64,000 bases of DNA from an uncultured Oscillospiraceae bacterium (lineage in GTDB: Bacteria > Bacillota > Clostridia > Oscillospirales > Oscillospiraceae), in assembly GCA_947591105.1 (NCBI GenBank), contig CANQDL010000002.1, positions 4,919-68,918 of the forward strand, read 5' to 3'. The notes beneath the pieces are model-generated. The model was not told where the DNA came from. It saw nothing but the letters and a program-made list of their open reading frames with translations, and made no database searches. Made by a program: the position numbers and the translations under genes. Shown here piece by piece: positions 61,518-64,000 of this stretch (within the stretch, counting starts at the first letter, position 1; each line of letters opens with the position of its first letter).

Positions 61518-61669
61518 TTATTGATGCCGGTACTTTTGCAGAGCAAAAGTCCTCGCTGCGCTCGCCGCGCAGGCGCGGGGCATCCGATCCCATTCGAGGC
61601 GGGACTGCCGTCCCCCTCGAGCTCCCCCCTGCGTGGGCAGCCGGGTTCGATTCGGCAGACGGGTTTCAT

Positions 61670-61699
61670 TCCCCGGCCTTGATGGCCGGGGATGTTTTT
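61670..61699 (+). terminator. Second copy of the same hairpin, with a T-tract
   Basis: TCCCCGGCC-TTGAT-GGCCGGGGA followed by TGTTTTTG. Confidence 0.6.
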
Positions 61700-61729
61700 G
61701 CTATAATGGGCACGAAAGGGGGCGGCGGC

Positions 61730-62377
61730 GTGTTTCGGAGAGCATTCGATCCCACCAACGGGTTCTGGCGGGGCCTGGCGCGGGTGTGCGATCTGGTGGG
61801 ACTGAGCATCTGCTGGGCGGTGTGCTCGCTGCCGGTGTTCACCCTGGGGGCCGCCACCACGGCGCTGTACGACGCGGTGTTTCACGGGGTGCGCAAGGGG
61901 GAGATGGGGGATTATGCCCGGTTTTTCCGCACCTTCCGGGACAGCTTCCGGGCCGCGACCCTGGCCACGCTGCCGGCGCTGGCGCTGGCGGTGTGCATAT
62001 TCTATATGTGGTATGTGGCCTATGTGATGGCGGCGGGAGGCAGCGAGGGGGCCATGGTGTGGCTGTATGCCTGCCGTATCCTGCTGCTGGCGCCGCTGGC
62101 GGTGTGGCTTTTTGCCGTGTTCACCCTGTCCCGGTTCACCTTCGGCCCCTTGCAGCTGGTCAGGACGGCGGCAAAGCTGGTGCTGGCCCACCTGCCCTCG
62201 GCGGCGGTGGTGGCGCTGCTGGTGGAGCAGCTGGCGCTGTTCACCTATGAGAAGGCCTTTCTGCCGGTGTTTTTCGCCCCCGGCATAGGCGCGCTGCTGT
62301 GCTCGCTGTTTATGGAGCGCATTTTTGCCCCCTATCTGCCCAAGGAGGATGGGGACAAGGCCGTGGACGATGAATGA
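61730..62377 (+). CDS. YesL/DUF624 family membrane protein
   Basis: FWRGLARVCDLVGLSICWAVCSLPVFTLGAATTALYDAV is typical of DUF624. GTG at 61730 after AAAGGGGG. The ATG at 61706 lies inside a TATAAT box. Confidence 0.7.
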   Translation: MFRRAFDPTNGFWRGLARVCDLVGLSICWAVCSLPVFTLGAATTALYDAVFHGVRKGEMGDYARFFRTFRDSFRAATLATLPALALAVCIFYMWYVAYVMAAGGSEGAMVWLYACRILLLAPLAVWLFAVFTLSRFTFGPLQLVRTAAKLVLAHLPSAAVVALLVEQLALFTYEKAFLPVFFAPGIGALLCSLFMERIFAPYLPKEDGDKAVDDE

Positions 62378-62436
62378 GGACAACCAAAAAACATCCCTTC
62401 CCGGATCGGAAGGGATGTTTTTTATGGTGTTGGCGT

Positions 62437-63075
62437 TCAGACCAGAGTGGGCACCAGCTGGGCCAGCATATGGGCCAGCTGGCTGTGGCCATGGCGTGTC
62501 AGGTGCATGTGGTCGATGGGGTTGAACTCACATTCCGCCCCATCCAAAAAGTGTGCGCCGGTGAGGGCGGCGGCGTCCTTGAAGGCGGCGGCCATGCCCA
62601 GTGTCCGCTCCCGGCATCCCTCGCCCATGGCCGGGTCGAAGAAGCCCTCCCCAATGGGGGGCGGGGCCACCACCAGTACGTTGGGGCCCCTTTCCGTCCA
62701 GCACAGGGTGCTCTGGGCCTTGCGTATCAGCCGCTGCATGGCCACGCCCACCGCCGCGGCGGTGCAGCAAAAGCGCTCCTTGGAGTCGTTGGTGCCCAGC
62801 ATGATGATCAGCAGATCCACCGGCTCGTGGCTGATGAGGCAGGGGCTGATGTAATCGACGCCGGCCAGATCCCCGTGAATGGGGTCGTCGAACACGGTGG
62901 TTCGGCCGGATAGACCCTCCTCCAGGCACAGGTACTGCTCGCCCAGCAGCTTTTGCAGCACGCAGGGCCAGCGCTCGTCCTCGTTGAAGCGGTTGCCGCC
63001 GTCGGCGGTGTCGTTGGGATCGGCGCAGTAGCCGTGGGTGTTGGAGTCGCCGAAGCAGACGATGTGCTTTTTCAT
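62437..63075 (-). CDS. SGNH/GDSL hydrolase family protein
   Basis: VCFGDSNTHG block I, GTND block and a DHMH-type block V. Confidence 0.85.
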   Translation of the reverse strand: MKKHIVCFGDSNTHGYCADPNDTADGGNRFNEDERWPCVLQKLLGEQYLCLEEGLSGRTTVFDDPIHGDLAGVDYISPCLISHEPVDLLIIMLGTNDSKERFCCTAAAVGVAMQRLIRKAQSTLCWTERGPNVLVVAPPPIGEGFFDPAMGEGCRERTLGMAAAFKDAAALTGAHFLDGAECEFNPIDHMHLTRHGHSQLAHMLAQLVPTLV

Positions 63076-63079
63076 GGAC

Positions 63080-64000
63080 TCACCTCCGGCTCTCGGGCAG
63101 GCTGGCGGCCGCGGCGGACTGGCCCACCCGGCGGAACTTCTCGTCGGGCAGGGCGGGGCGGATGGCCTCGTTCACGGCGGGGTACTCGTCGGCCAGCACG
63201 GCCTTGCACCGGGCCAGGATCAGATCGCCGCCCTTGCCGGACATGACCCGCCCCAGCAGCAGCACGTGGCGGAATTTATAAAGGTCGTAGTAATAGGCCA
63301 GCGCGTGGGCCAGATACACCCCGATGGAGTCGTAGATCCGGGCGGCCCGGGGATCGTCCGCCTCCATGAGGGCCTGCACCTCTTTCAGCTTCTGGGCGGG
63401 GGAGAGGCTCTCGTCCAGCTCGATGCCCGCGGCGGGCGCCAGCTTGATGACCCCGTCCTGGGAGAAGTACTTCACCCCGCAGCCGATGTCGCCGCTCCAC
63501 TCGTCCCGCATGGCGGCGGGATTGGCGTCCACCGGCACGAAGGCCAGCTCGTTGAGCCAGCCGGTGATGCAGCCGTTGGCGTCCACGTAGCCCACAGCCT
63601 CGCTGGTGCCCATGGCGATGCCCAGCACGTTGGGCTCTCCCAGACTCATGGTGCCGGCCAGGGCGGACACGTCGCCGTCGTTGATGACCGCGTAGGGCAC
63701 GTCGCCGAAGGTGTCGGTGATGGCCCGGATGTAGATGTCCTTCACCTTGGCGTCGAACAGATCATCCGGCACCTGCAGGAAGAGACTGGCCCGCATGGTG
63801 CGGTTGTTGATATAGATGCCGGCGGAGGACACGCCCACCGCGTCCACCCGGGGCAGATGCTCCGCCGCAGACTTGAGGGCGGAGACGATGCCCTCATAGT
63901 GGTAATCCGGGTCGGCGGTGATCTTGGGATACCAGACCACCTCCTCGGAGTAGACGCTCTCCCCGTCGATCACGGCGGAGACCTTCCGGTCGGAGCCGCC
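63080..64000 (-). CDS. ROK family protein (sugar kinase or regulator), 5-prime end outside the window
   Basis: VGVSSAG...INDGDVSALAG...GIAMGTSEAVGYV pattern. The ORF stays open to the window edge. Confidence 0.8.
   Translation of the reverse strand, partial: GGSDRKVSAVIDGESVYSEEVVWYPKITADPDYHYEGIVSALKSAAEHLPRVDAVGVSSAGIYINNRTMRASLFLQVPDDLFDAKVKDIYIRAITDTFGDVPYAVINDGDVSALAGTMSLGEPNVLGIAMGTSEAVGYVDANGCITGWLNELAFVPVDANPAAMRDEWSGDIGCGVKYFSQDGVIKLAPAAGIELDESLSPAQKLKEVQALMEADDPRAARIYDSIGVYLAHALAYYYDLYKFRHVLLLGRVMSGKGGDLILARCKAVLADEYPAVNEAIRPALPDEKFRRVGQSAAAASLPESRR

Noticed and set aside
61417-61700. An integrated element using tRNA-Thr as its attachment site.
   Set aside because: No integrase or cargo lies next to the tRNA. 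The duplicated 22-mer lies outside the tRNA body and encloses only 154 bp. The phage cluster is 10 kb away and separated from the tRNA by housekeeping genes.

Overview
High-GC chromosomal segment of Firmicutes/Clostridia type. The gene content and repeat families remind me of gut Oscillospiraceae/Ruminococcaceae-like anaerobes, but the taxon is a guess. GC statements are by eye; nothing was computed. The left part holds feoA-feoA-feoB, an XpaC-like protein, a secreted HEXXH peptidase, a punA-mtnA-mtaD methylthioadenosine salvage operon, an O-antigen-ligase-like protein, a large repeat-rich surface protein, plsC, mrp, a GNAT-XRE pair and an isolated rplJ-rplL operon. The middle holds an SLH-like secreted protein, DUF1700, proS, a MATE pump, pdxK, a blaI/blaR1-like operon fused to YD-repeat and Asp-box proteins, and a second paralogous surface protein. 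Positions 34.7-51.2 kb carry a compact phage head-tail-lysis cluster of about 16.5 kb (terS to endolysin). It has no integrase, repressor or replication genes and is bounded by host genes and terminators. I read it as a candidate domesticated GTA/PBSX-like particle element, and it is my best candidate for an undescribed system. The right part holds YdcF, ABC-F, an FHA-SEDS fusion with a class B PBP, NusG-II/Gx, DUF975, rodA, radC, tRNA-Thr(CGU), DUF624, SGNH and ROK genes. A mosaic multi-hairpin repeat occurs three times, once inside the phage operon, and a second AT-palindrome repeat occurs twice. I recognised no rRNA, CRISPR array, transposase or integrase. Many long ORFs in the track are antisense artefacts of high GC content.
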